From assembly GCF_000143415.4 (NCBI RefSeq), contig NW_003314310.1, positions 285,904-349,903 of the forward strand: a DNA stretch of 64,000 nt, in the 5' to 3' direction. The notes under the pieces were generated by a model. It ran no database searches, was not told the DNA's origin, and saw only the letters and a program-made list of their open reading frames with translations. Shown piece by piece: positions 12,901 through 25,849 of this stretch; position 1 is the stretch's first letter, and every line of letters begins with the position of its first letter. A program made the translations under genes and the position numbers. This DNA comes from Selaginella moellendorffii (taxonomy: Eukaryota > Plantae > Lycopodiophyta).

Positions 12901-14181
12901 TGGCATAGGCCAAGCTGTCCTGGTGAATCCGAGGCCAAAAGTAGCCATGGCACAAGAGGAGTTGTGCTATGACCCATCCCGAGAAATGCCCCACACAAGA
13001 GTGGAAAGCACGAAGGAGCTTAGGGACCTCATGTTCACCCACACACTGCAACAAAACTTCCTAAGAAATTCTCTTTTAAAAGAGTCCGTTGAGAAGGCAA
13101 AACCCCCGTGCTCAGATCTCCAATGCCTTTTGTTGTACTGGTGAGGAATCTCTTGGGAACTGACAAAAATCCAGGTACACTGCAATGTCCTGTAATGCTG
13201 CTAGGACCACAAAGGAAGTAGCTTCAGCAACTAGGAACTCACTTGGATCCATCATACGCTTCTGCCACATGTGAAAAGTTGGCTGGAACTCTTGGATGGT
13301 CACAATCCAAGATAAAGTATGAGGACTGTGAACCGGTTGCTGTAAAAGAAAGGTCAACACATTAAAATAGACATGGAAATGGATACGGGCTCCAATGAGA
13401 AAGTGACGAAATCACTCCAAAGAGTAAACAACAGCCACTGCTTCTTTTTCTGTATCCATGTACTTCTTCTCAGTCTCCTTGAACGAATGTGAGGCATAGT
13501 ATGTTGTATGTGGAGGCTTGACAGGCTGTGAAAATTGGCAAAGGCATACTCTTTAGCCTTTGTACCCATTGTGATGTAAATGTCAAAAGGAAGTTGTCGT
13601 TCTGGTGGTTGGAGTATCGGGGCCATGTGGAGTGACTGCTTCAGTGATTCAAAGGCTTATTTCTGGGACTCACCCCAGACAAATGGAACGTTGTGTTGTA
13701 GCAGAGCTATCAAAGGCTGTGAACGTGCAGCATAGTTGTGGAGGAAACAGCAGAAGAAACCCATTTGCCCGAGAAAGTGCGAAGCTACTTCATGTTGGTT
13801 GGTGGGTTTCAATCCAGAATCTCCTGAGCCTTGGCTACCTAGGGCTTGATCCCATCTTGCGAGACATCAAAGCCTAGCAATTAGCCTTCAGTCACCCCAA
13901 ATTTACACTTTGCCGGGTTTAATGAAAACTTGTGTTGTCAATAGTGAGTGAAGATCTGTTCCAAGTGCACAAGGTGGTCCTCAAAAGAGTCAGAGGTTGT
14001 GCACAGATCATCCATATACACCATCAAGGTGCCTTCAATCAAGTTGTGAAAGGCGTGGGTCATAAAGCATTGAAAAGTAGCTCTGGCATTACACAAGCCT
14101 AACGGGAGGATGTTGAAAGTTTTCTTCACGAGGGACACTTTGAAAAGTCACCTGAGAGAACTCATCCTTGAGGTTGACTGC

Positions 14182-14480
14182 CTACTGCCATAACTCTTTC
14201 AGGTTCTCTTTGCAGACTTGGTATTCTCTAGTAAGTTGGCGTATGATGAGTTGCGCATTTCCAACGAAAGTGACTCGCCTAAACTTGAGATCTGTGGCCA
14301 ACTTTATGGCACTGATAGTTGCCAAGTACTCTACTTCATTAGCTGATGTTGCTGGCAAAGTGATAGAGAGGTTAGCTACTTTGTTCTCCGCAGAATTTAT
14401 CATCCAAACTCCAATGCTGGCAACCTGGTTTTTGGGGCAGAAAGCACTGTCAAAATAAGTTGTAATCATAGGAGTGTCCT
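14182..14480 (-). pseudogene. Additional archaeal-type RNase H domain located between PR and RT
   Basis: YFDSAF...ANEVEYLATISAIKLA...GNAQLIIRQLTREYQV matches the aRH consensus YFDGA..NNxAEYxA..GDSQLVIxQ. Confidence 0.85.
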
Positions 14481-17400
14481 CTTCTTCAAATAAAGATGCT
14501 GGGGACACCACATCTGGCAAGACTGTCTCTAGCAAGTTAGGCAAGAACGTTGCTATTGTATCCAGAGTCTTTGTCTGTTGTTCTCTTTGCTTTTGATGCT
14601 CTAAGCACTCAATGTCTGATGCAAGGACTGTGGCCAAGTACTCTACAAGTGAAGAAAGATCCTCCACCGAAGTCAAGTCCAAGTCTGGTGCTAAAGTTTC
14701 AGTGTAATACACTTGAATCTGTACTGGGAGCTCCACAGTAGGAAATTTTGAACTCAAAGAGTTATAACTCGCATGCAACACATCTGATTGGCTTGATTCT
14801 TTCTGCCAGTTGTGTGTCTGAATGTCATCTTCCGTCTCCAAGAAACGTCATGACAAAATACACTCAGAGTCGTTAGCTACTATGATTTTAGTAGGAAGAC
14901 GCTGGCTGTGTGACACCTCAGATAGTTGCTGAGGAGAATTGAATTCAGCTATGTCCTGTGAAAGTTGGGCTTGGTCTAGAGTGACTGTGTCATCAAGCTC
15001 TATGAGAGAGAGGTGGTGCCATGCAAGAAACAAATCGAGGAGCCCTTCCTTTATCGAGAAACACTTTGAAAAGCTAGATATGTGAGCCCATACCCTATAA
15101 GCCTCACCATCAAATAAAGAGGGCGTGGCTAGAGGCTCGGCCTTACTCTCAAATAAAGAGAGTTAGGCTGAGGGATGTCTCGAGCTATCTGACTCACCTC
15201 CAACAATATCGATCATATTGCATGAGAAAGCATTCGTCATATAGATGGTGGACTCCACCACCAACTCAAGAAAAACCTCTGTGAGCTTAGGAGGAAAGTA
15301 TGGTGTGGAGGCCATCTTAGTGTGAGCCTGTTGGGCTTGCTGAGAAAGAGCTCTACCGTGGCTGTTGAGAAAGGTGGCACTATGGGTTTCATCGCTAATT
15401 TCCATCTTGCCTTGTGCACTGTCAATGGTGCAATGGGTTGTGACTTGCCATAGAGTCCTTCAATGAGGATGTTCCAAGATGTTGGTAGGCAACCACGAGG
15501 AAATCTACCTCAAAAATAACACCTTGCACTGAGACCTTGACACCACAGCAAATGCCCGTTGGAGGAACAGTGTGGTTGGCGAAGGTCTTGAGCACGATAG
15601 AGGAGCTCTCAGTGATCTGTAGCTATGCCGAAAGGGTAGCTTCAAGAGAGATATATTGCTTCTAGAACCGGAGTCAACCAAAATATCCATCCTATAAGAG
15701 GAAGTACTAATTTGCACCGGGACAAAGAATGGACCAGGATCTCCACCATATCTTGTCATATCGAAAAATGTGCACCTCTTGAGGAGTTCTCTTGAGAGTG
15801 CTCTCTGGTGTGCTTGATCATGCAAACTCCTCTAAACGCTAGCCGAACCTGGGACAAGACACAACATGTCTCAGGGCAAAAAGGTGACAGGAGTGTCATC
15901 CAGCTGTTGAAGAACCGGCTCTGGAAAAGAAATAGCTATTGGTGAGATCTCAGGAGGAGAAGAGAGTAGTGACTTGAAGGGGAGCTTACAAGCCACCCTT
16001 TGTGTCACTGAATTTGGTGCCGACAGAGATTCACTCTTAACCGATGCCAGGGGATTGATGCCGGGCTGAGCGGCTGCCTTCTTCTTTGCTTGGGCTCGAG
16101 TGGCTGCGGTTTGCTGCTGTTGCCTATAGAGTTCCTCGGCTACCAAAATCGTATTGACCGATGAGGCTGATGCCTTGCCTTTGCTTTATGAAGGGGCTGC
16201 CTCAATTGCTTGTGGCTCCAACTACTCTTGATATGTCTCTAGACCCCGAGACGATGTGGAATTATCAGCGAAGGGATGTTATTGGACACGTTGAGAAGAT
16301 GGAGGTCGAAGCTCTAGGTGAAGCTTGAAGCAGCGCTATGTGTTCTGTGTGTTCGTCTCACAGTGATTGCACCAACGGGACTTAAATCTGCGTTCCCGAG
16401 TTGTAGCAGCCTCTTTCCTGGACTCCACCAGCTCCTGGAGCAGTTTGTCATGGTGTGATTATTGCTGAAGAATGATCTCCTTCAGCTGCCACATCTCGTT
16501 TGCAAAGTTCTCAATAGCCGGAGGTATATGCTCAATAGTGACAGGCTTTGGTGTGGATGGGCGAACAGCTGCACAAGGTGACTCTAATAGGGTGATAGTT
16601 TGGTCAGAATCAACTTTAGCAATATCTAAGTCGACAAGAAACTCTCTTTCCAGCTTCATGGCAAACGAAAATGCCTCGCAGCAAGACATGAATATCTTCT
16701 TAAGAAGTTTCCACTATAAGTTCCTATGCAGACCCACTATGAATGCTGTGATCCCTTAATGCTCATCTTGGAACACCCTGCGATCCCAACACAACTTCTA
16801 GTATGCTCAAAACCGAGTGATATAATTAGGAACAAACTTGTGAGCACCCTGCCGAAATGAAAAGAGGTCGACAAGTAGCTGATTTATGGATTTTTCTTCA
16901 ACAAAACGTTCCCTAAAAGAAGCGAGTAGTGTCTGGAAGTTTGTCTAGTCCTCTGGGAGGAGAGAATCTGCCCAAGTTGCTGCTTTGCCTTCAAGACACT
17001 GCAAGAAGTCGCACCACATATGATCATTGTCGACGATCATGTTTGTGGTGCAGTAGTAATCAAAGTGACTGATATGCGATGTTGGAGAGACTATTCCAAC
17101 ACCTGAGAAGGTCGGGAGATCACTCCCCTTCTGCAAAACATGGACCTAAGGTCGAGCTAAAGGTGCCTGTGCTATAGCTTATAGATCTAAGTCACTGGAA
17201 TCTACCGAGGATGAAGAGGACTCGGCCCGAGAAGGTGCTGTGTCGTACCTAAGCTGCCTTTGGATGTGAGAAAGTTTACTCTGTACCTTAGGGCCCTGAG
17301 GTATGGTAAAAGGGTGCCAATTTATCGCACGTCTAGTTTGTACTGGCATCAAATACCCTAAACACTGCAAATGCCCGGTCAAGGCAACTGGGTTGATAGG

Positions 17401-18383
17401 ACCAAGAAGACTGTAGGCTAGTGCTCAAGTTGTTCAAAGTTGCCCAAAATGCCTGTGACAAAGAGATATAAGGGTGAAAATGGAAGGAGACGTAGGCCTC
17501 AAGTGTGCATAACCATTGACCCATAAGGTAACTTCTAGAGTAGCCGCCGGAGTAGCCGCTAAAGTAGCCAGTAACCAATAACTAGTAACCAGTAATTAGG
17601 GACCCAGAACCGTAACCAATAATCCCCTGCTCTCGCTTCTACTCCTGTTCTTTGAAGATTACTTCGTTCCCAAGGAACTCCCAACAAAGTTTAGCCCAAA
17701 AGAGAAAACTAAGTCCTTTGGTCTCGATCCTTCCCCATTTTGACCGTTAGTGGGCTCGTTGGAAAGGCTTCAGCCAAGTCTACCCTCTATCGCAGGAATT
17801 TGTGAAGAAGCTACCTCAATATTCCCCGAAATCCAAGAAGAGGTAGCCCAAAACACCAATATTGTGGAAAAACATGTGCATATCATTGATGTAGATCAAT
17901 ACTAAGGTGCTGTTGGTATCTTCGGAAAGCCTAGGATTAGGAGCACCTCTAGAAATAAACGGCATCCAAAACAAAACCTGGAGAAGCTTGGATTCTTGTT
18001 ACAAAGATGACTTAACTTGGCCGGAGAAGAAAATCCTTTTACATGCCGTCAATTCGCCCAAATCTAGCACCAAGAATCACCACTACTTGTAGATTTAGAC
18101 CAGATCTACAAGCCCAAATGCACTATTTTGAGGAATTGGGCCGAGAATCTAGGCGAGAAAGTGAAAACCCCAAAATGTTCCTCCAACCGAACCAAGAAAC
18201 ATTGTATCTTTTCAAATACCGCACAACTTGATGAGTGCCATACCTCGATGGAAAGAGGAGCTCTTGTCCTATCTAACAAGCCTAAGATCAAATAAAACCA
18301 CCGCAAGACGAACAAGAAATTGCTTCCTAAATTTTGCGGCCAAAAGAAAAAGAGAGAAATTACGCCTCAGAAAGTGCTGCGCA

Positions 18384-18400
18384 TCACGCCGGGTTCACCA
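18384..18400 (-). other. Primer binding site complementary to tRNA-Trp
   Basis: + strand tcacgccgggttcacca versus the plant tRNA-Trp 3' end tcacgtcgggttcacca (recalled); lies 2 nt from the 5' LTR. Confidence 0.75.
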
Positions 18401-21400
18401 TTTGTTGGGGGAAGGAGGGGCACCTCCCTAACGCTCACTCAAACACGAGAAATGCTTCAATGCTCTCTGCAAAAAGCCCCCCTTTGCCTTTGAGGGGCAA
18501 GGGTTTTATACAAGGAAGATAGGGAATATTTTGAGGACCAGAATATTCCCTCTCTCTCTCTCACTCTCTCAATGGCCACGCCCTAACACCTTGTTCTCCC
18601 TCTATGTAAAATCTGGATTGGTACAAGATGGATTTTCACAAATTTTGATAATGTAGTTTGTAACCTTTGACAACTCAATCATAACAACAAACTCCTTAGC
18701 CACAGCATTAATGTAATTTATCCTTGTGATTGTGCACTTCAATGCCTTTGCTAGCTTGATATTCTCTTGTGCACCTTTTGAAATGGAAGACTTATATTAT
18801 ATAGCCTTCCCATTTCTAACTGGTCGTATATGCTAGCCTAGTGTTGATATTGGTGGCATAGTAGTATCAATAGCAACATTTGAGGAAGTCTTCAACTTGA
18901 AATAAGCTCTCTCCAGACTTTCAATCTCTTTTTTCAAAAGATTGTAGCTTCGCTCAACTAGCCACTCCTTTAGCACAGAATCTGGCTTCAAAATTTAGTT
19001 GTGGATTTAGTTTGTATGAGTATTATCAATCACATAACAGTAAATCCAGCTTGACTAGTGGCCCTTAACCCTTAAATCTTGACAGCCCTAGAAACATGGT
19101 ACTATTGAAGAACTTGAACAAATGCAAGACACTAACCTTTACTCCCAATCATTCTAGAGCAATGTGCATTACTCTTGGCATTGACTTTTTGAATTACTCA
19201 ATTGATACGAGAAATTGGCTCACAAGCAATAATCTTCTCAACCTTTGGCACTAGATTTACTTTTGTAACAACTAGCACCTCTTCCACTCCATGTTCCTTA
19301 GTTCTTCTCCGATGTCGTGAAATAGAATGGTAGTCAAACTCTAAATAATGAGAGTTAGAAGGAGTGATGTTAAGCCCATCAAATGTCTATTGACGCTCCA
19401 TACAGGCCATCCTCATGTCCCCAAGTGGTTCATAACTTGATTCCATAGGAGTTCCAATAACAACTTCCTCCACCATCTTAGACATTGACACTGCTGCTAG
19501 TGTTGTCCTTCTACCAACCCACTCTCGAAGCTTGTTTAGGTTTGGACCTGTAGCAATAAACCTTGCTTCTTGTGTAGCTAAAGCTTTTGATGACTGCTCA
19601 AGAGATCTAGTGAAGTTGGAGAGTGTAGCTTCATAGAGGGACATTTTTCCTTTCCCTGCTTCGGAAGCTCTCCAACTCCAATATTTGCTCTTAGAGAGAT
19701 TAATTGTTAGTGTAAGTGCAATGTCATCAAGTGGTTGATCCTAGGAAATATGCAACATTTAAATGAGACAAGAAAAGAAAATGAGAGAAAACTTATATGG
19801 AGAGTATAATGGCCATATTGAAACATTTGAACTTCCGACCATGCAAACTAGCATTCCATTTATGGAAGGTGTTCAATTGGAACCTTGTCTCCTTCACGCC
19901 ACCATATACACATTTCATTTGCCTTTGCTTCGTGCTCCTCTTTAGTTGGTGCATTCATCCATTCTTGACAAAGCTGTTTGAACTCGTAATAGAAGCTAGA
20001 CTTGATGTATTGGCAATGTTCATTGACACTCTTTACCCAATGAAACTCACAACTCTTTTCTCTATCTTGTAATGACTGACTTTTATCACCTCAGAATACT
20101 TATTGTATAGCCAACTAGTTAGCACCAGCAACATCTGCTATGAAACCACAGAAGTTGGGTTTCTTCCTGGTTCACTATTCAACAACCTCGGACATATATG
20201 TCTAAAAGACAGTTTGACCTTAGAAATCTTGAGCCTTGAATTCGGCTATAACTATAATCAAGTTGCACTAAAACCTATAGAAGGAATGTTATAATGTAAA
20301 TCGATATGGAATCCTTAAAAAATGAAAAACCACTTACTTATTGTCATAAATATGGGCTCCCATTCTTGACCAACTTGAAACTCGTTCCATGTGGTCGAAA
20401 TGGATCTAAGGATTAGCCAAGTCCCCATCCCCATTCATATCTATTTGCTGTACAAGGTCCACACCAAAAGTAGGACCAAGGGTGGACATGTTAAAGATGA
20501 AAGGGTGTTGACTGTTCGAAGTCACTTGGCCAACGAACAAGCTCTTATGAATAAACTCATAGAGACATGTTTTTTTTTAACTCCAAAATTGCATCCAATC
20601 CAGATTAAAGCTTTCTATCTCCCCCTTCTCACATCTAATTCTTTATTCTACCAAGAAAAAAAGTGTTTCTAGTGACAAAGTAGAGTTAAGTATTAATCTT
20701 ATTTCTATTTAAATTTTACATGGGTTCTTTATTTCGAAGCAGGTCTTTCAAGTTGTTCTCCGTGAACTCTTTTTTTGCTATCAGCTTATAGCAATGTGTC
20801 CACCAAATAGTCCTTTAATATAAACTATTGAACACACTTTAGAGTTGCAGCACTTTTCTTCCCAACCTCTGTAGTAATAGCAGCCTTCAAATTGCAAAAA
20901 AAATCATGGCAGATTCCTTCCTCTATTGCATGTTGGTGGTAACATTCATTGCTATGGAAAAAAATAATACATTTTTGCATCACAATATGTTTGACACATA
21001 GATGTTACCCCATATTTGTGACATCTAAACCCTGTAACAACCTCATCATGCCTAAGGGGATTGATTGTTGAGCCTTCAAAGAAACACATATTCTTGCCAT
21101 GATCAGAAATGCATTTCTCAGTGACACACTGAAGCTGTCCACCATAATGGACTATGGACACAAGTTCGTCGAAATAGGAGAAGTAGGTCATCTTTACCAT
21201 GCACCAATTATATGGATCAAAATGTGTCTCCATGCCCCTCTTCTTGCTTAACAAACTAACTGGTGGAAATTCAAAGAATATATTCCCATTATAGGAAGAT
21301 AGAAGCTCCTCACCTCTCATGTACTGGAACTTCTTCAATTCCAACCGTAATGATCGAGATTGCTGAAATGCCTTATCCACCGCTTCAATAACTGGTCCAG

Positions 21401-21936
21401 AAGGAATGCACCTACTTGTCTAGGAAGCTATGTTAGGAAGCTCATCTTCTTCACTTTTGTCACTGAAGAGAATAACAACTTCATCTTTCACTCCTTGCAC
21501 AGTACGCTATGAAACTGATGTGCTTTCCTCTACTTGCTTCGAAGATCCTATAACTAGAATCTCTTGATCTTTACATCTATCAAGATCCCACTGAATCCCA
21601 TTCTCTCCCACACCACTGTTGAGAGAAGAATGGATTTTTCTATCTAATTACCTTTATCATGACATACATTCTCCAAACTAATTGATCTCGGCTTCAACTT
21701 GAATCTTCTAAGGACAAAGCTTTCTCCTATAACATTCTTAAAGAAAACAATCAGAGGCTCTTGATCAAACTTCAAATAGAATTCTCTTATATCTTCTCCT
21801 TGCTCGAGCATTTAGAAAAAAATTGGGGAGAAACCGACAAGAAAGAACAAAGATATTCTTCTATATTGTGATCTTTAATTAGCTGTCCCCTTGCAAAGGA
21901 CAAGTTAATTATTTTAACAAAATATACAACTGTTTA

Positions 21937-22419
21937 NNNNNNNNNNNNNNNNNNNNNNNNNNNNNNNNNNNNNNNNNNNNNNNNNNNNNNNNNNNNNNNN
22001 NNNNNNNNNNNNNNNNNNNNNNNNNNNNNNNNNNNNNNNNNNNNNNNNNNNNNNNNNNNNNNNNNNNNNNNNNNNNNNNNNNNNNNNNNNNNNNNNNNNN
22101 NNNNNNNNNNNNNNNNNNNNNNNNNNNNNNNNNNNNNNNNNNNNNNNNNNNNNNNNNNNNNNNNNNNNNNNNNNNNNNNNNNNNNNNNNNNNNNNNNNNN
22201 NNNNNNNNNNNNNNNNNNNNNNNNNNNNNNNNNNNNNNNNNNNNNNNNNNNNNNNNNNNNNNNNNNNNNNNNNNNNNNNNNNNNNNNNNNNNNNNNNNNN
22301 NNNNNNNNNNNNNNNNNNNNNNNNNNNNNNNNNNNNNNNNNNNNNNNNNNNNNNNNNNNNNNNNNNNNNNNNNNNNNNNNNNNNNNNNNNNNNNNNNNNN
22401 NNNNNNNNNNNNNNNNNNN
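21937..22419. other. Assembly gap (further gaps at 24202-24538 and 62778-62877)
   Basis: Runs of N. Confidence 1.
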
Positions 22420-23088
22420 GTGAGAGAGAGTCATCCTCGAAAAGGTTGGTTTGTGTGTACACGAGAACCAACCTTTCTAAGTTTGACTCTCTCTCACTTG
22501 TCACAAAAGAATGAAACTCTTTTGAAAGGAAAAGAGCATGGAGATGAGAGGGAGAATAAGTAATTAATGCTACAACTCTCATGATTAATTGGCACCTCTT
22601 ATTCATTTCAACAGTATTATTCTTCTCACAATCAATTACACATATCTTAATATCTAAAGCATTGAATGATTGTTTCCTTGGAAAGACATGTGAAATCTAT
22701 GTTCATAGTGGATTTATCCAATAAATATATCCTCCCATTTGCAAAAATAAAGTACTGTTAAAAAATTAACATATCACTAGCATCTAGAAAGCAACTGCCA
22801 TTAAAGAGAATGAAAAGCATGACCATTGATTGTGATTATTGATTGTGACCATTGATTGTGATCATTAATTTTTAGGGTTTTACTACTAGGGTTTGAGCAA
22901 GGAAGGGTGAGAGAAAAATGCTTGAATCTCACAATGTGCTTTAAGATGTTTTTCAATCAGGATGCTAGATGCTCTTCAAGACACTAGAAAGACACTCCTC
23001 AATCAAGGCATGCCTCTCTCTGCTGCTTTTCCATCTTTCCATTTTTTTCTCCTAACTTGCTAGCAACTTGTGTCTCACGGCTACTTTG

Positions 23089-23640
23089 CGCTGAAATGAT
23101 CGGTTTGGTAGTGAACCGATCTTCTTAGCACATAAAATTTTGGGTTTTTTTTTTTTCTTGTCGTTGCCTTGGTGCTGTAAGATCAATTCGGTGATGAACC
23201 GATCTTCCTAATGCCAAGGGAACTACTTTTTTTCTTTTTTTTGTTTCCTTGGCACTGAAAAGATTGGTTCAACAACGAACCAATCTTCCCAGTGCAAAGG
23301 GAACTACTTCTTTTCTTCATTTTTTTGTTCCTTTGGCACTAAGAAGATTGGTTCAGTGATGAACTAATCTTCCTAGTGCCAAGGGAACTGCTTCTTTTCT
23401 TCTTTTTTTATTTTTCCCCTCAGCACTAGAAGATTGGTTTGCTATTGAACCGATCTTCTCACCGCTAAAGGAGTTGTTCCTTTACTTTTTTTCTTTAGTT
23501 TTCTTGGCACTGGAAGATTGGTTTGCTGTTAAACCAATCTTCCTAGTGCTAAGGGAGCTACTCCTTTTCTTTTTTCTTTTGTTCTCTTGGTGCTGGAAGA
23601 TTGGTTTAGCAATGAACCGATCTTCCCAACGCCAAGGAAA
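23089..23640. repeat. Tandem array of 7 long palindromes (~83-bp period)
   Basis: Unit consensus CCTTGGCGCTGGAAGATCGGTTCG-n4-CGAACCGATCTTCCCAGCGCCAAGG, separated by T-rich linkers. Confidence 0.9.
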
Positions 23641-23792
23641 TTGCTCATATTTTTCTTCAAAACTTTTTTTTTAATGTTTACTCAAGTTTTTTTGTCATTT
23701 TTATGTAGACATATAAATCATGCCACAATAGAAGAAGTGTGCCTGTCAACCTCAATGGACCCATTCTCTAGGAAAATGACTAAATTATTGTG

Positions 23793-23987
23793 TGTAAGCA
23801 ACCAAAGGGAACGACTCGAGAGACAATCCATAGGGGTTCAAATATAGAGGGAAAGGGCCCATGAACAAGAGTGCACCCCCTTTTCCAATCGGTTAAGGGT
23901 CTTGGGATATTTGGGGTTAAGCGTCCTTGGGTTTGAATAGTACTGGGCTGGGTGACCTCCCGGGAAGTCCAAACTCAGGAGCTTACA
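23793..23987 (+). mobile_element. Cassandra-like solo LTR carrying a 5S rRNA internal-promoter segment
   Basis: TGTAAGC...GCTTACA ends; perfect TSD TTGTG; 23916-23970 matches 5S rRNA (gttaagcg...agtact.ggctgggtgacctcc.gggaagtcc). Confidence 0.9.
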
Positions 23988-24539
23988 TTGTGCTAGATTC
24001 ACTAGGGACACTTCACAAGTTCAAGGCACTACTTCGGAAGAAGACCATGGTGGGAGAAATGGTGTCCAAATCCAAGCAATGGTTGATCCTGATCCAGGTG
24101 TCAGCATGCAAAAGCCAGATGGTTCTAGAGAGCGCAGAAATGTAGAACCTATCTATAGCACACGAGAAGCTGTTGATAGTGGTGGAAATGAGGCACCTAG
24201 TNNNNNNNNNNNNNNNNNNNNNNNNNNNNNNNNNNNNNNNNNNNNNNNNNNNNNNNNNNNNNNNNNNNNNNNNNNNNNNNNNNNNNNNNNNNNNNNNNNN
24301 NNNNNNNNNNNNNNNNNNNNNNNNNNNNNNNNNNNNNNNNNNNNNNNNNNNNNNNNNNNNNNNNNNNNNNNNNNNNNNNNNNNNNNNNNNNNNNNNNNNN
24401 NNNNNNNNNNNNNNNNNNNNNNNNNNNNNNNNNNNNNNNNNNNNNNNNNNNNNNNNNNNNNNNNNNNNNNNNNNNNNNNNNNNNNNNNNNNNNNNNNNNN
24501 NNNNNNNNNNNNNNNNNNNNNNNNNNNNNNNNNNNNNNG

Positions 24540-25480
24540 CGGTCCACCCATACATAGAGGTTGACACGATCTTGAATGAGTGAGTACGCAAGACTATTGT
24601 TTAGGCTCAAGAATGAACTATCAGTTGGGTGTTAGGTAAAATGGCTTGGAAAGGATCCCAACATCTTCAAATTCCACTTTGCCATCTTAAACAGAGTCAT
24701 TGGGTGCGTTTAGCCTATGACCTCAACATGACTATTTATACCTCTTTCACAGATGTACACTGCTGGATCATTTATTGTGTCGTCATCATTCCCCGGAACA
24801 AATCGCATAGACATGGTTACTCACAAGATCGAGCAAACTTGGGATCAAATATGGCAGAGGAAATCTCAAGAGTTTGATACTTTGATGGCATGCCACAAGG
24901 AGGTATAAGTCTTTGTAGGCCGAATGTTCTTCATTATTGATGGAAACCACCGGTGGCTAGAGTTTTGGAGATGCATCCAACAGAAGTTCTAGAATGATGA
25001 TGAGTGACATATTTGTGTTCTAGTGTCAGGATATGATAGCTCAACAGATATCATCCCGAATGTCATCAACAAGGACCATTATATAGAGTTTCTTGACTAT
25101 CGACACCATTCACCAAAGGCCATGCAAATCCTCCCATAGTTGTTTTGTCCTCCTAAGGGGATTGTGCTTGATGCTACAGCAGGTTTTGGTTTAATAGTGA
25201 TAGCAGTTAAATAGACTTACAGTTTTTGCACTGGAGAAGGAGAGTGCATTTGAAGGTGTTCTTAGGACATTTTATAACAAGTGATAATAAAGTATAAATT
25301 TCTCATTATAGTAATTCTATTATGGTTGTGTATATTAGGTGGATCGATGATGTGGGCTATAATTTGCCATGTTATGCAGAAGCAATGGCACAATCTCATA
25401 TACAATAAAAGCCCATAGTTAGAGAGCATAATACTATACAAACTCCTCCTTTTGTGGATATGGATGTCGAGGAAGACTAA
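24540..25480 (+). pseudogene. ParB-MTase-like cargo gene, copy 2, internally deleted
   Basis: FFIIDGNHRWLEFW at ~24927-24970 joined near 25020 to ...YRHHSPKAMQILP*LFCPPKGIVLDATAGFG..VFALEKE; collinear with 1810-2250 and 4460-4985. Confidence 0.7.
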
Positions 25481-25849
25481 GTTTAGTTTTTTATTTAGTC
25501 AAATTTTATAGTGGTATTATAGAGTTTCTTCTGATATTTATTTTCTTATTGGACTTATATTATTTATCTTTTCCTTGGACTGAAAATATGTCTTAAGTTT
25601 TGAATAGAATTGTTGGTTCATCCCGAATCAATCATTTGAACATCAAATTTTGTATTTGGTGGACTATATTGACTTTCATTGACTTGAGCTCAACTCAAAA
25701 ACTACTCAGCCCTTAAGAAGTCCATGAACCCATACTACTTCTTGAGAAAAGAGCTTTATAACTTGCTTTGCATCCATTGTTTATATAGTTGAAATCAAGT
25801 ATGCAATCGTCAACAACTGATCCATAACCACCATCAAAGTGTCATAACC

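Larger units (their letters stand above)
10387..18588 (-). mobile_element. Full-length but decayed Ty3/gypsy non-chromovirus, TatI/TatII-like (gag-PR-aRH-RT-RH-INT)
   Basis: LTRs 10387-10582 and 18403-18588 (TGTTG...TAA(C/T)A); 4-bp TSD CCCT/CCTT; gag ~16459-17136; PR ILVDSGS 15505-15825; RT YMDD 13938-14138; INT 12299-12745. Confidence 0.9.
10255..21800 (-). pseudogene. MULE-like DDE transposase with N-terminal Cys-rich region and C-terminal SWIM finger (split by the insertion at 10387-18588)
   Basis: ORF 20952-21380 (Cys-rich); IHFDHMERVSSWSRMGAHIYDN at ~20340-20406; PNFCGFIADVAGAN at ~20115-20160. Removing the insertion plus a 4-bp TSD gives PSCTNPDF..RENRGKVYLTYKHIYYIF (decayed SWIM CxC...CxH). 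5' boundary is approximate. Confidence 0.65.
10089..25713. mobile_element. MULE-like DNA transposon with divergent transposase and ParB-MTase genes, interrupted by a Tat element and a Cassandra solo LTR
   Basis: Degenerate TIRs (left gagcccaggtaggttttgag; right reverse complement agggctgagtagtttttgag). 9-10-bp flanking near-duplication (ttgagaagt 10079-10087 / ttaagaagt 25713-25721). The transposase reading frame is rejoined across the Tat insertion. Confidence 0.6.

Noticed and set aside
23089-23640. CRISPR-like repeat-spacer array
   Set aside because: Linkers are homologous T-rich tracts rather than unique spacers, repeats are degenerate, the context is eukaryotic, and there are no cas genes.
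23916-23970. Functional 5S rRNA gene
   Set aside because: Only the ~55-bp promoter segment is present, inside an LTR with a TSD.
21914-24610. ORFs containing X runs
   Set aside because: Artefacts of N gaps.
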